From Lingula anatina (lineage: Eukaryota; Animalia; Brachiopoda), in assembly GCA_051362555.1 (NCBI GenBank), contig CM120640.1, positions 13,950,001-14,014,000 of the forward strand: a stretch of DNA of 64,000 nt. The letters run 5' to 3'. The notes beneath the pieces are model-generated. The model worked only from the letters and a program-made list of their open reading frames with translations. It had not been told where the DNA came from and did not search any database. The position numbers were made by a program, and so were the translations under genes. Positions 37,151-50,121 of this stretch are shown here, in pieces (within the stretch, counting starts at the first letter, position 1; each line of letters opens with the position of its first letter).

Positions 37151-39075
37151 TTAGTACCACCAGCGTGTACGCTGGCGGTACTCATGGTTTTAGTCCCGAC
37201 CCGTCTCGTCCGGCTCCGCCGGCTCCGCCGGCTCTGCCGGCTCCGTTGGCTCCGCCGGCTCCGCCGGCTCCGTAAGCTCCGCCGGCTCCGCGTACTGGCG
37301 CCGGATACAAGTCACCGTTACCGCTTCTCCTCCTAGACCGCAAGGACCCCTGTCCCCATCTCTTGGATTTAGGTCACATATAACCTCAACTTGAACCCCC
37401 AGGTTTTTTTGTCTCAGTCGGTACATTGACCTGGGCGTGACGCTCCTTGAAATGCACCCTTGTCAAAATTTTTGAAAATTCAATGCCAATTATCTACCCT
37501 ACGGAAGGAATTATGGGAAAATTTTCTACAGACGGCTTTCCAAAAGTCATATGTGTAGATTTCAAATATGCCCTTGGATTTGACCTTTGACCTTTATTTC
37601 AAGGTCAAACGGGCCAAAATTTTCAAAAAAATGAAATTTTTTATGAAAAAAAATATTATTTGCACTGTTATTCAGACACTACACAGACTTAACCAATAAT
37701 TATATTGGAAAGTGTTACCCTTTGGGTCATCTTTCATCTCTGTGAATTTGGGGTCAATCGGTGCATTTTCACAGGAGTAGCGGCCATAAAATACCGAAAA
37801 TGAAAACTGTCTCTAATTCGGGAACCGTTAATGCTAGCGACCCGTTCTTTTTTGCATTTTGTAGAGCATGTAAAGCCCAACACTGAGAGTGGTCTCCGTT
37901 TTTTTTGTATTTCATACGGTTTTCGTGTTATGCTGTATTAAAAAGTACTTTGTGGTGGCACATTTTTGTAACTCAGAATTGTAACATTTAGTCCCTTATA
38001 TCTCCAAAACTGGCAGAGATAGGTCAATAGTTATTATTTAAGTTGAATAGGAAGTCATTTACTTGCAATCTAGATGTGAGCTTGAAATTGACCTTTGACC
38101 TACTTTTCACCATGAATTGAACTTTGCCAATTTTTGTTCCCTTTAATCTCCAAAACTGGCAGAGATAGGTCCATAGTCACTATTAAACTTGAATAGGAAG
38201 TCACATACTGGCAATTAATCAGTGACCTTAAAATTGACCTTTGACCTACTTTTCACCATGAATTGAACTTTGCCAATTTTTGTTCCCTTTAATCTCCAAA
38301 ACTGGCAGAGATAGGTCCATAGTTACTATTGAACTTAAATAGGAAGTCATGAACTGGCAATTTACTGTGACCTTTAAATTGACCTTTGACCTTCCTTTTA
38401 CTATGAACTGAACTTAGCAAATTTTCGTTCACCTTTATCTTCAAAACTGACAGATAGGTCCATAGTTACTATTGAACTTGAAAAGGAAGTAATACACTAG
38501 CAATCTGTGACCTTGAAATTGACCTTTGACCTACTTTTTATGATGAACTGCTTTTTGCATGTTTTCTGGCCTTTAAATCTGCAAAATTGGCAAAGAAATG
38601 TCCATGGTTGCTATTGAACTTGAATAGAAATTCATATACTATGATATTGAAATTGACCTTTGACCTACTTTTTCACCATGAACTGAGCTTTGCATATTTT
38701 CTTGCCTCTCATATCTTTAAATCTAGCAGAGATGTGCCCATTGTTTCCCCTGGGTTTTCTCTTTTGTCAGCATATATGCACCATTGACAACACATTTCAA
38801 GGAAAACCAATAGGCCTTTTGTCTAGAGAATACAGTAGTGAGCAAGGGTAGGAAAATGCAAGTCAATTTGAAAATCTGCTTGATTGTATCATTTTTAGTT
38901 ATATTTTTTGCATATTTTGAGAACTCTTGTTGATTGCATCTTATAGAGCTTGTCAAACACCAGACTGGTGATGGTGTCCCTTTTAGGAGGGGGGGGGGGG
39001 TCCATACGAATGCGCTTACTCCAGCTGGTGGTACAATATCTGGAGGCGGTATCGCCTCTCTGATCCTCTAGTTTT
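37151..39075 (+). mobile_element. Non-autonomous Helentron/HINE (DINE-1/pearl-like) element with internal tandem array, family H2
   Basis: TT plus a 5' hairpin agtaccaccagcg-tgta-cgctggcggtact (37153-37182); a 9-bp (CCGGCTCCG)n microsatellite (~37209-37290); a central tandem array; 3' subTIR gctggtggtac (39024-39034); 3' stem-loop gaggcg-gtat-cgcctc; ctagtttt end. End fragments of the same family occur at ~12288, ~50295, ~53825 and, inverted, at ~62760-62813. Confidence 0.8.
38001..38745 (+). repeat. Tandem array of ~146-bp units (about 5 copies) inside element H2
   Basis: Units start tctccaaaactggcagagataggtc at about 38001, 38147, 38293, 38438, 38578 and 38714; each full unit carries aaattgacctttgacct. 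Confidence 0.9.
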
Positions 39076-41379
39076 TAAGTGAATTAAAACATGGTTTTAT
39101 TGAAAGGAGGAATAAAGGAAGAAAATGTATAATTTCTGTAATGTAGAAGGGCAATATAATATATAAATATTGTTGATGTTTGATATGTAAACCACATATG
39201 GTATTGTATTTTTTGTCAGCAAGGTGCTGTTTAGTTCATTGGTGCATTTAAAAATTTATTTTTTTGGAAAATTATGTTATTTATATTTTTTATGTGTATC
39301 TGTATTTTGTAATCCCGAGTTTTAACTACTGCGTTGGGCTACCTTCTTCATTTTTAAAAGTCCACTCCTTTTGTCTGAACTTCAACGGCAATTGATTGAA
39401 GATTGCAGTTCTATAGAACCATGAAATACAGCATACTAGATGCCCAGTTGTAATTGGTGCAATAAACTGCAGTGTGTGGAGATAAAAATGAAGAAACTGG
39501 CACGCCGCAGACTTGTAGCTCAGGGTATGTTTTATGTAATATATAAAATGTTGTCTTCACACTTGTCATTCAACATCAGTCGGTGCAAAGTTGAGATATG
39601 CATTATTCTCAACCTTTCTACCAATAAAATTTTCAAAAACATGAAATTGTGACAAATCTAGTTATTGGAAGTACGTGCAATATCTTACACAGATTATACC
39701 AAATTGCTATCTGCATGTCAATGTAGATATGATGTTCCATGTCTTTTAGAAGAACACGAGCCTCTGTAGGAATGTAAACATACAGTGCTGCTATTAAAAC
39801 ATGAAAAGCGAATGGTTTTGTTTTATTTCATTGAAAACATGAATCAAGTTTCCATATGCTGTAATACAATTTCTCTACAAAATAAGAGCTCCGTTGCACT
39901 CTAAAAAGAGTTCAAGTACACAAATCCAGACACTGCTATTCTTTGTTCCATTAAAGTTATCTTCAGAAAGTTTCACTTCCTCAACTCTTAGAGCTGTATG
40001 ACTTATGTACATTTTAATTCTTATACATATTTCAATCTAGGTAAATTGCCTCCATCCTAAAGTTCACCTTTTCCAAGTACATTAAATTGAATCACTATTT
40101 TGTCTCTGATGGAAAAAGTAACAGGTTGTGCTTGAGACACTGTCTAACATAGCACAGGTACAATAATTCAATGAAATGACCATAGTTGCCTCCATCAACA
40201 TGTTTGATGAAGAAATAATTTAAAGTATAACTGCTGACAAAAATGCAAAGACGGTAACAACTCATCTATGTAAATAGACTTTCCCCTGATTTTCTTTGAA
40301 AAATAAGCTATTTGTTTCACTTATAATTCTACAGACTTACAATCTAAAGAGAGAAAACTGAGCTACTACTATTTTTTTGATATTCACACAACATCATTTA
40401 AAGTGAAAGATGATTAACATTTCCATTATCTTTAGCATGACTTGGTTTATAACACTATCCGTGTTCATTAAAATATTCCCAATGCAATAGATGAAACCAA
40501 GATGATTTTATTCTGTGTAACAAGTCTTACTTTAATAAGTAAATCTCAACTGCATATGGGTCAGAATGGCTCTGCCTAGCAGAACAGGACAGGACAAAAC
40601 AATCTTACAATCCTAAAATATTCATCACAGTATCTCCCTATCGAGTCATGCACTTGTAGAAGTTTCATGCCTCTTGCAATAAATAAAAGATCCCATTTTA
40701 TATTTCAAAATAGTACAATAAACAATCACTTTACATGCCACACTGGCACCATGATATAAAACTACTGTCCAGACTAGTTCATTTAAAATGTTACTGAAAA
40801 ATTGACAATGAAACACAATGACATTTAAGGTGCTGACTATTTATAAGGACTTCTATTTTGATGAACAAATTGAAGAATAACTTTAGGGAAGAAGTTTATC
40901 TTTTAAGCCTTATCAATCAAGAAGCCAGCTAACAGAGAGTACAGACAGCTTATTTCTGCTTAAATATTAGGAAAAAATAACCTGTGCACTAAACAACTTT
41001 ACCTGTAAGAAAATTCTGCATGTGCCACCAAGGAATTTAAAGGAAAGGAATTTTTTCATCAATAGATTGTTGAAAAAAATATGGAATAATTGAATCTGGC
41101 CCAGTTTGACCTGCATTTTAGGACAATGAAAAAACACAGAGTGAAGCAAAACCAGTTAATTTTGTAACAAGAAATATGCACATTTCTGACTTGCGTGCAG
41201 ATGATGGCAATATGTACTAACAAAACTGTCCGTACATAAAATATGACTAAAGAAAATTTATATTTTCTCCTCCAACACTATACTTCCACATAAATTAAAC
41301 AACATACATTCTTTGTGCTCCCACACTCAGACATTTGTGCAAATGCCAGAAGTGTATAATAATTATGCAGCATTGGGTG

Positions 41380-44300
41380 TTAATTCTGGGATGTTGTTGC
41401 CACAGCAATGGTCGTGGGAGGATGAGAAGATCCAGATGTTGATACCACATTGGCAACAAATACTGGTTTCACCATGGGTTGACCAGCAACCACAGGTGTT
41501 TGCAACTGCAAAGGGGATTGCAACCCCATGATGGGAATGTGGGTCTTAAACAATGTGTGATTCATCAAATGGTTCTGCTGTAAAGGTAACGAAGACATCA
41601 TGGTGACGGGGATGACCGTCTGCGTCATTCCAGGTGACAACTGGGCAATTGATGACATGACTGGATGAAGGGCGGACACCTGTGACACTGAATTGACTCC
41701 TGGTATCACTGGCACAGCCGGGCTGTTATTATTGGTTGTTGTTGACGCTTGTGACACTGTGGAGGAAATGACGTGGGGCACAGTAGTGGCCATGGGAAAT
41801 GGCGTCCTAGCAATGGCCTGCGTCAAGGCTGTAAGGGCAGACAGTTGTGTGCCATGAGGAACAGGGTGCACCACTGACGCATTCAACGGTGCAGTGATGA
41901 TATTTTTGACTACAGACACATGTTGAGCCGCAGGCTGCTGGTTTGAGGATCCTGTGATGGCTGCCTGAGGCTGACTATTCGACACTGCTGCCACCGAGGT
42001 TGCAGCTGGTGCTGTAACACTGGTAGCTGTACTCGTTCCCGTTACAACAGATACTGTTCTAGCTGTTGATGAGGTTCCAGCACTAATATTACTACTACTG
42101 CTTAAAACTGGGAGTTCCACTGTGGACGTTGGAGTCAGTAATACAGGTAATTGTTTAGTGGTTATGACATTGAAAGGACTGGACGAAGGACGTGTGCTCG
42201 TAGTCACTACATTGCGTAACACTGACACATGTGGAATTCCCTGTGAGCTGACAATTGTCTGTCGTACATGTGGCATTCCTACAGGTCGTATCATCTGCGG
42301 TGGGGCTCGCAAGCTGTTAGACAGCACACTACCAGTTGTGGGCATCACTGAAATGGAAATAACAATGATTAACAGAGTTTTGTTTTACTTTTAGTCTGAA
42401 ATTTTTATGTGTTACATGAAAACAATTTGACAAAATTCGGCAAATTGATTTTAAACAAGGGTGAAAAAGTTTGTAAATTTTTTCCAAATATTTATTGGAA
42501 ATTTATTTGTGTTACCCTGAGCTTTAATTCAAAAGTGTTCCAGCTTCTTCATTTTCAAATCTCCATATATACATGCTTATCAGACTCGGACTAAGTTTAC
42601 TTTTTACCAATAACAGTGCCAGTGGAAATCGTGCAAGACAGTCTAAAACGAGGCTTTCAGCAATGCGTGACATCATACAATAGTACAAAATGTTCGAGAA
42701 TCCATGAGATTAACTTTTCAGCAATAAGGGTGAAACTTGATGTGCTGGGAATGGCATCTTTGAAAGCAATACATATGTGGCACACAAAACATGAAGAATT
42801 TGTACTGTTGTGCAATGAAAATAACCACATTGAACTTTTGGAAGTTTTTTTGTCATTGCTGGAATGCATTCTGTATTTTGGTTTTATTTCTGACCTCACT
42901 CTCCTCCAAATCTCATAAAATCAGACTTGATTTAAACCTATGTTGTCAAACTTTGGACTCGTAAGATTTCCATTTAATGATATGAGGATGTGGTTCCATA
43001 AAAGGGCAAGTGACACAGTAGATAAGCCCACTGAGTGGTGCCACCACAGAGACCAGAGTAAGTTTGAGCAGGTTGTCTTAACATGCAGATAGATGGCCAA
43101 ACATAAATCATGTTACCACTGGCATTTTTGAGGAATGTGCATATTAAGCCTTTATTTGCTACTAACATGACTGTACAGAGACAATCTCTTTGATAGCTGC
43201 CATGTCTACAACATATCTCTGCTTATATGAGCCCAGTGTCACAATGTCTACATGCTTTTCAAAGGTAAACATCAGACACAAAGAAAAGTGTTTACCATGG
43301 GTTGAAATAATCCTCTGCAACTGTGAATGTTGCTGCTGCTGCTGCTGTTGGTGGTGTTGCTGTAATGCTGTCAGAGCCTTCTGCTGCTGCTGTAACTGAA
43401 CTCTGTGAGTGATTGCCTGATGCAAGATCTGGGTAACCGGAGTCTTTGTGATTCCTTGGGGTTTTCCAGCTGGAGTAATGGTTGATATCACAGTTGATCC
43501 TTTGACTGAGGTTGACACAGCTTGAGCTGTTGTTACAGGCGCTGCTGCTGCTGTGGTGGTGGTGGGCGGTGACACTGCTACTGCTGCTATTGAATTAGGC
43601 ACCACCTGAACAGGAGCCCTTTTAACTGCAAAAAGTAAAAATTATGTATTAGTTTATCCTGATACTAAATACAGGCATACATAAGAAATGAAGAAAGTCG
43701 GTATGTTGCAAACTTTGAATAAAAATACATCTTGCTCCCTGACATTGTAAGACAACAGTTAAAGAGTGCCACTGAATTTAATATAATATCAACATCACAC
43801 CAGGGGAAGTCTAACAGTATGTAGTACAAAGTCTTAAGAAAGCATCAACAGTAGTCTTCTGAAAGGTGAGGCCACTATGTTTACAAATTTTTTTGTGTGA
43901 GCTCACAGGAAGAAGCAGTGCAAACACAACTTATCCCAACTAAACATCATTTTCCTACTGCAGTTGAAGTCAAACATAATACTCACTTATACTAAGAGTT
44001 TGTCCACTAGGTATCTGAACTGTAGTGGTTGTTAACTTGTCTGCAGCCTCCTCTTCCTCTTCTTCATCACTCAGAACTTGACTAGCTGTTTCTGTCAGTG
44101 GCAGCACAAATATCAAAAGAGGCTACTTTTCATTTGCTATTACTTTCTTATAGCAATTCACATTCTAAATTTTGTTAATAACCATTTCTCTCCGTAATTC
44201 CATCCTTATTTTGAATCTTTCACTATTCTGGATCTTTCATACATTTTACAGTAACTGGCATGGCAGTAAACAGCAGCGCTCCTCTGCTGGATGCTGCCTT

Positions 44301-47300
44301 TAAAATCAATACGTAATCTAGGAATCAAACTTACTTTATTAACTTGGAAACACGACAACTCACCAGTGGCTGTAGATGTAGAATTAGTTTCCTGATCTTC
44401 TGTGGTTATCCAGTGGTTCATGTCTACCTCTATGTTCATCTGGTGAAGATCTCTTTTTAGTGTGGCTATTCGCTCTTGAGCAATTATTTTTTCTTTGGCT
44501 AGCCGCTGCATTTCTTGCTCATGAGCTTTCTCCTTCCTTTTCAGGGTCTATGAATATCAACAAACAAATGAACATTTGTATTTATGTATGTTTCTCAAAA
44601 AACTATGAATAACGACAAACAAAAGGACATTTGTATTTATGCATGTTTCTCAAAGAAACATCACTTATTGTTTTATCATTACTGCCAAAGATAAACCAAC
44701 TGAGTTGGGAAAGGTCGGAAAAACTCAGTTTATATAGGAACAAGTATTAATTTTTAAATCCTGTACACATAAAAACTACATGTGTAATTTAGAAGGCCAA
44801 TTCTAATTTAAAAAATATCAGTTACATTCAGACCATTGAATCTTAATACTAAATGGATTAATTTTTACTTCAGCCAAGGTTATATATTCACTTCCATTTG
44901 TCTGTTATTCTGTTTATCACAAGCATAACTCAAAAAGTTATGGGTGGATTTTGATGAAATTTTCAGGATAGGTCAGAAATAGGCTTATTAAAACTTTGGT
45001 GGCGTTGATCTATTGTGCAATGTAAGTAGTCTCAACTACCACAATTTATCAGTCTAAAGTCCTTGGTGGAGGTCTCTGTACTCTGTGAGTGCCTTTAAAG
45101 TTTCAAATATCATGCCAGATTAAGTTGATCTAAGTTGATTAACTAGAACTTAAAAAATAGTTCAAACTTAAAGTCACATCTGGGCTTGCCATAAATGATT
45201 TCCTATATGTTAAACTGAAACTATGGGTGTATCTCATCTTGTTTAGGTGACAGTGTAACCATCTTAATTCTCTAACACGCCTCCTTGAGTAGCAAGGGGG
45301 TTATTAACTCTTGTATATGCTCGGTTTAATTACCCCCCAGCAGCTTGAGGCAACACGTCAGACATTTAAGCCGTTTACAGTGATTGCACTAAGGGAGAAT
45401 CTGTGCGGCAGTTACATCGATCCAGTTAGTACGATGAGTCTATGATCTGAATGTTCCCTAAGACCCAAGAAAAATTAGGGGAAAAAGCACATTTCATCGT
45501 TAAAAAAAAGGGCATGGGTCAAATTCAGAAATGAAAATAATACATAACAAAGAATTAAACAAAATTAAATTAAACTGTTAAATTTACTCTTTGCTGGCTC
45601 AAAAGCATTTTTAAAAAATCTGACGGGTTTAAACATGTCCTTCTTTGTTGCAGATTTTAATATCTATTATAAGTGTTCATATATTACTATATAATCAAAT
45701 AAAATGATTTACAGGGTCAAAGGAACAGATAACTAAAAAAAAAAAAAAAAAAAACCCTGAAACTTTCTTGTGGCAGCAGCTGAATACTTAAATCCAAAGA
45801 TATGAATGTTATGGATATTCACATTACTCCATAAAACATGAATTAAAATGCAGCCAATTTTATGAGATGGGCAAGCAAGGGCTTAGCAAACATACCTTTA
45901 ATTTTGGCTTCCTGTTTTTCATTCTCAAATTATGCTCTATGCAACATTGTAACTTAATTAATACCTTGACTTCAATACAGACGCTCTAGGTAGTCACTCT
46001 AATGATTGTAATTACAGCTTAGTTGGAAAACCTGCCCATTATCTTTTCCATGTCTCCTTAATGAGTTATTTACTGTGTGAGCCGAACCCTTGCTGTATAC
46101 GTTGATACCAACCCCTATTTTATATGTATCAACTGGTATTTATGAACTATATTTACAATGAGCTATATATGTCTGTCTAAAACACTCCAAACAAATGCCT
46201 GAAATGATTAATAGTAAAAATTTGAAAATAAATTGAAATACTAAATGATTTCTAAATATTTAGGTCAAATTGTTATTTCAACCAATTAATGTGTAAATAT
46301 TTCAACCAATGTCACACTCTGCTATAAAAGTCTAGATATCTACCTGTATGTATCTTAGAGCACTCCTGAGGATACTTAAATTGGAAGTCTTTTTCTCATC
46401 TATGTTTGGCAACTGCCCTTTCAAAGTCTCAAAGCATTCTTTCAAATGAGCCCTCCTGAAAAAATAATCTAAGTTTTTAAACTCTGTTTTTTTTTTCAAC
46501 AAACAGAAAAAATGAGTTCTGAATCTTGAGCTATATTTTAGTCCTGTAAGTAACCCATCAGATTTCATTTGGATCACACTATATGCTCACGAGGAAAAGT
46601 TAAGTTGTAGCTTATATACCAAAGACATAAAAACATTTTGTCACAAAAAATTAAAAACGATGTTTAAAACCTGTGATAATAAAAACAACAGGTAATGTTT
46701 TTCTTCATATTTAGAAGCTTGTAGCATGATTTCTCTTAATGGCAGTATTTCACAAGTGTAAAGATGAGTGCTTCTTTAGGGCACCGCAAAATGAAATGAA
46801 TTTGTTAACCTCACTTTGGTGTAGAACACTTTTGTTGTGATATTCACTTCTTGTAATGTAAGGGATCAAATTTCTATTGCTCTCATACTGGGGGCATTTA
46901 GAGGGAAAATTAATTCCATTTTCCACTTCTCTGAAATCACAGAGTGTGCATAATCTTTCAGTTTCCAGAACAGGATGAGGTAAGGTGGGCTCTTCAGTTT
47001 CAGTTATCTAAGACCAAACGTGATGGTTGCATAAACATTACATTAAAATTGGGACAAAAATGTGACATCCACCTCACCCAGCATATTTTAATTATCACCG
47101 ATGTACACTCCACGAAGAATGGCAATGGACATCTTTTTTCCATCTTGACAGAACACAAAACACTCTTTCATGCGTTGTTAATTTTCACAAAATGCTTTAC
47201 AGATCTTCGTATCAGGAAATGTAATGATCACACAAGAAAAACAATATAACAACACGTGGACATGGCAGCACGTGTGGCCTTTATGAATAAATAACTGACG

Positions 47301-47982
47301 AATGGTTCGCGTGCACTGCCGCTACATTAAAATAGTTCCTCGTATTTACCTATTTTTCTCCAATTTATTGTGCACTTCTCTTGTGCCAGCTCTGAAATTT
47401 AGAAAAAACACACAATCGTTACACCATAAACTGTATTTACAACATCAAATTATCGTTGTGGATTCGTTTTCTCATACTTCAGCATGAAACCAAAGCCAAA
47501 AATAGACAATACAAATTTACATATCGAACACTTACCCGCCCGCTCGCCGCTTCTCTTTGCCATCTTCCGAAGGACTATGTATGGAGTTTTCCCCATAATC
47601 GGAGCCGCCAGAATTATCTGCGTTAGGTTGAGAGTTTGGAGACTTTGCATACTGATGGAATTCTTTGCTTGATTCGTTTTCTGAAAGAAGACGTGTCCTC
47701 GACCTAATTACTTATGCCAGTTGTTTATGAACAGTAAATTAGGTCATGCATTTTACACCACGCATACAGATCAATTGTAAACAATCTCGCCTTTAGTTTC
47801 TTACTTAACTATCCTATAGCTATCGCTGTAAATTCAACAGCATGTTTAACTTGTAAAAACGTACTAAATATCGTTCTAATACTTCAAACATCTCCAGCGT
47901 GCGTGGACTACATACCACGTGCATTAGTATTTGATCGCCACTCCAAATATTCTGCTGCCTCCAGGAGAGTCTCCAGACTCAT
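41380..47982 (-). CDS. MNT: Max-binding protein MNT (SID + bHLH-ZIP transcriptional repressor), ~650 aa
   Basis: Exons (minus strand): 47982-47916, 47680-47536, 47391-47350, 46455-46344, 44547-44364, 44091-43987, 43625-43296, 42347-41380; phases are consistent. N-terminal Sin3-interaction motif MSLETLLEAAEYLEW; bHLH GAGTREVHNKLEKNRRAHLKECFETLK..KKTSNLSILRSALRYIQTLKRKE; zipper; DQETNSTSTATE; polyQ and a Thr/Val/Pro-rich tail. Confidence 0.95.
44862..45102 (+). mobile_element. Second copy of HINE-like family H1
   Basis: cagccaagg ... cataactcaaaaagttat..gattttgatgaaattttcagg ... ccttggtggaggtct ... gagtgc, matching 1715-1965. Confidence 0.7.
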
Positions 47983-48601
47983 CTTCCCTTCTTTAGGCGT
48001 TTGTGCTTAAACCTAATACTCCTAGGTATCCCGGGTAACTTTAGGATGAAAAACCGATAAAAATTGAGTTGATTAATACCCGTTTTTTCAGCCTTTAAGA
48101 AAAGGCAAGACGGTCAAAAATACAAAGCTACGCGAAGGTGATCATCCCACGTGGGATATGATTGGCACCTGTCAAATTCTGACCAATAGAAGCATGACAA
48201 CATACGTCATCACACACCACGTTGGAAATCACATGTTATGTTTTGGCTGTTCCAAACAAATGCTTACACCCATTTGTTCAAGTCACTTGTTATTTGTATA
48301 TGTCATATAGACTCTTTTACAAGTTTTCTATCTTCGGATGTGTTCAGCAATTCTTACAAAAGCTGGTTGTAATAGTTGCTTCTCAGACTGCCCTTACAAC
48401 TTTAATTACTTAATTTTCGATTTAGGGTGGGCGTGGCACAAGTGTATCTAACTAACGCTTGAAATCGCGAGAGAATTGGAGACCACGATAGTTGTCAGTC
48501 AATGATGGCGGTGCAGGTGGAAAGTGTAACATAGGTACGCAAAATGTGTCCCCTTAGATCAGACTGAGTGGAAAGCAAAAGCCGTTTCTATTCCGACTAG
48601 T
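47983..48601. promoter_or_regulatory. Bidirectional promoter region MNT / TMEM248
   Basis: Locally CpG-rich. Palindromic E-box ATCCCACGTGGGAT (48144-48157), CCAAT boxes in both orientations (48161-48165, 48183-48187), CRE-like TACGTCA (48203-48209), GC-box-like gggtgggcgtggc at ~48425. A probable TMEM248 non-coding exon ends at the donor gtaagt at 48602. Confidence 0.65.
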
Positions 48602-49352
48602 GTAAGTGTGAAGTTTTATACGCTTAGCATGTTTACATGTTGCATTTGCTAGAAAACAAAAGATGATTTGAGAAAATCTGTTCTGTTTATTTCCACTGGG
48701 CATTACTAGAGTCCAATAACTAATATTAGATTCTTTTACGTTATTAATTACTAGAACTTAGAAGTAATAGGGCATCCAACATCGAGACATTTAAAACTAC
48801 TTACGTGTACTACATACACAGACAATGCAGTCATGGGCAACTCTTTTTGTCACCAAGTAATGATTTCATCATTTATATGAGCCACGTTGTTCCGAGTGAT
48901 ACTGATAGTGATACAGTGATAACAACTTTTGGTTTGTACTTCATTTTTTGTTTTTGAAGATATTTTGTGAGTCTGCCTTCGTCTCTGAGAAAGGACAGAG
49001 TTGTGCATATTTCAATAACTGGCAAGTACATTTGCAGTAGGCGTTTTGCTTCAAAGCGTGGGGATTGTTTCAAATATTTGCACTTTTGAAGATAAAGTGT
49101 GTTATCTCGTCCTGGCAATCCCTTATAATCTCATGTTTGATACAGTACAATTGGAACTAGAATGATAGGGGATTATCAGTGCCACTACTTTGTGCTAGAT
49201 GGCAGTACTATGGTGGGACTTCAGTTGCTCCCCTTAATGACATCACTTTACTTTTAACCAAAACTTCAAAAATAAACCATCATCTACAGAATATTTTTAA
49301 AAAATACAATGGTCATGAATTACTCTTTTAATATTCTAGGTACAATCCAACA

Positions 49353-50080
49353 ATGGCGATGATAACACCTTATGAGAATGCCAAAGGATTTGTGCTGGGC
49401 CGTCCTCCGCTGGTTGTGTTTATGGTCTGTTTAGCAGCATTTGCTGTGGTTTTACTTTCTCTGGCAGTGTACATGAAGACAAATGAAGTAGAAAATACAG
49501 ATGTTCAAATAGTAAGTAATCTCATCTGAACAGAAATCTTTTAGAAATCTTTTCTCTGATAAAGCAAAAACATTGGTTATCGGGCCACTTGTGCATCAAG
49601 TAAAGTTAATAAATTTAACTTTCTAATCTGAACACAATAACAGTTATTGTCTTCAGATTAGAAAGTTAAATTTTTTACCCTGCTTCTTTATGTAATTTTC
49701 TTATATTTGTTCAATAGTTTGGTACAATTTCTTAAATGGTTCTTTTTCTTGTCAGATTGCTTGGATAACAAATAAATCAGTAGAGTTGACCCTTGGGTAA
49801 CAAATCTTTTCCTTGACTCTTATTTGGGAACAAATGACCACAAACTGAGATATTTGAAATCAGGCTTAGGTTAAGCCATCTACTCTGGTTCCCATTTGAT
49901 TTGGCTGTGTTGTATTGCTTGGTGCAATCAGGATCATTAACACAATCCAGATGCTTCTCTATTTTACTCTTTGTTTTGACACCATTTGACATACTGGTAC
50001 ACTTCAACCCAGAGCACCATCACCAGCTTTTCACTATCTTGGTATCTATAATAAGGCTTATCTAATGCTGTATTATGCAA

Positions 50081-50121
<41 letters not shown>

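Noticed and set aside
37190-37426. ORF with AEPAEP repeats
   Set aside because: Translation of the 9-bp microsatellite in the HINE element; no gene context.
38001-38745. CRISPR-like regularly spaced repeats
   Set aside because: Whole units are similar along their length with no unique spacers; eukaryotic context and no cas genes.
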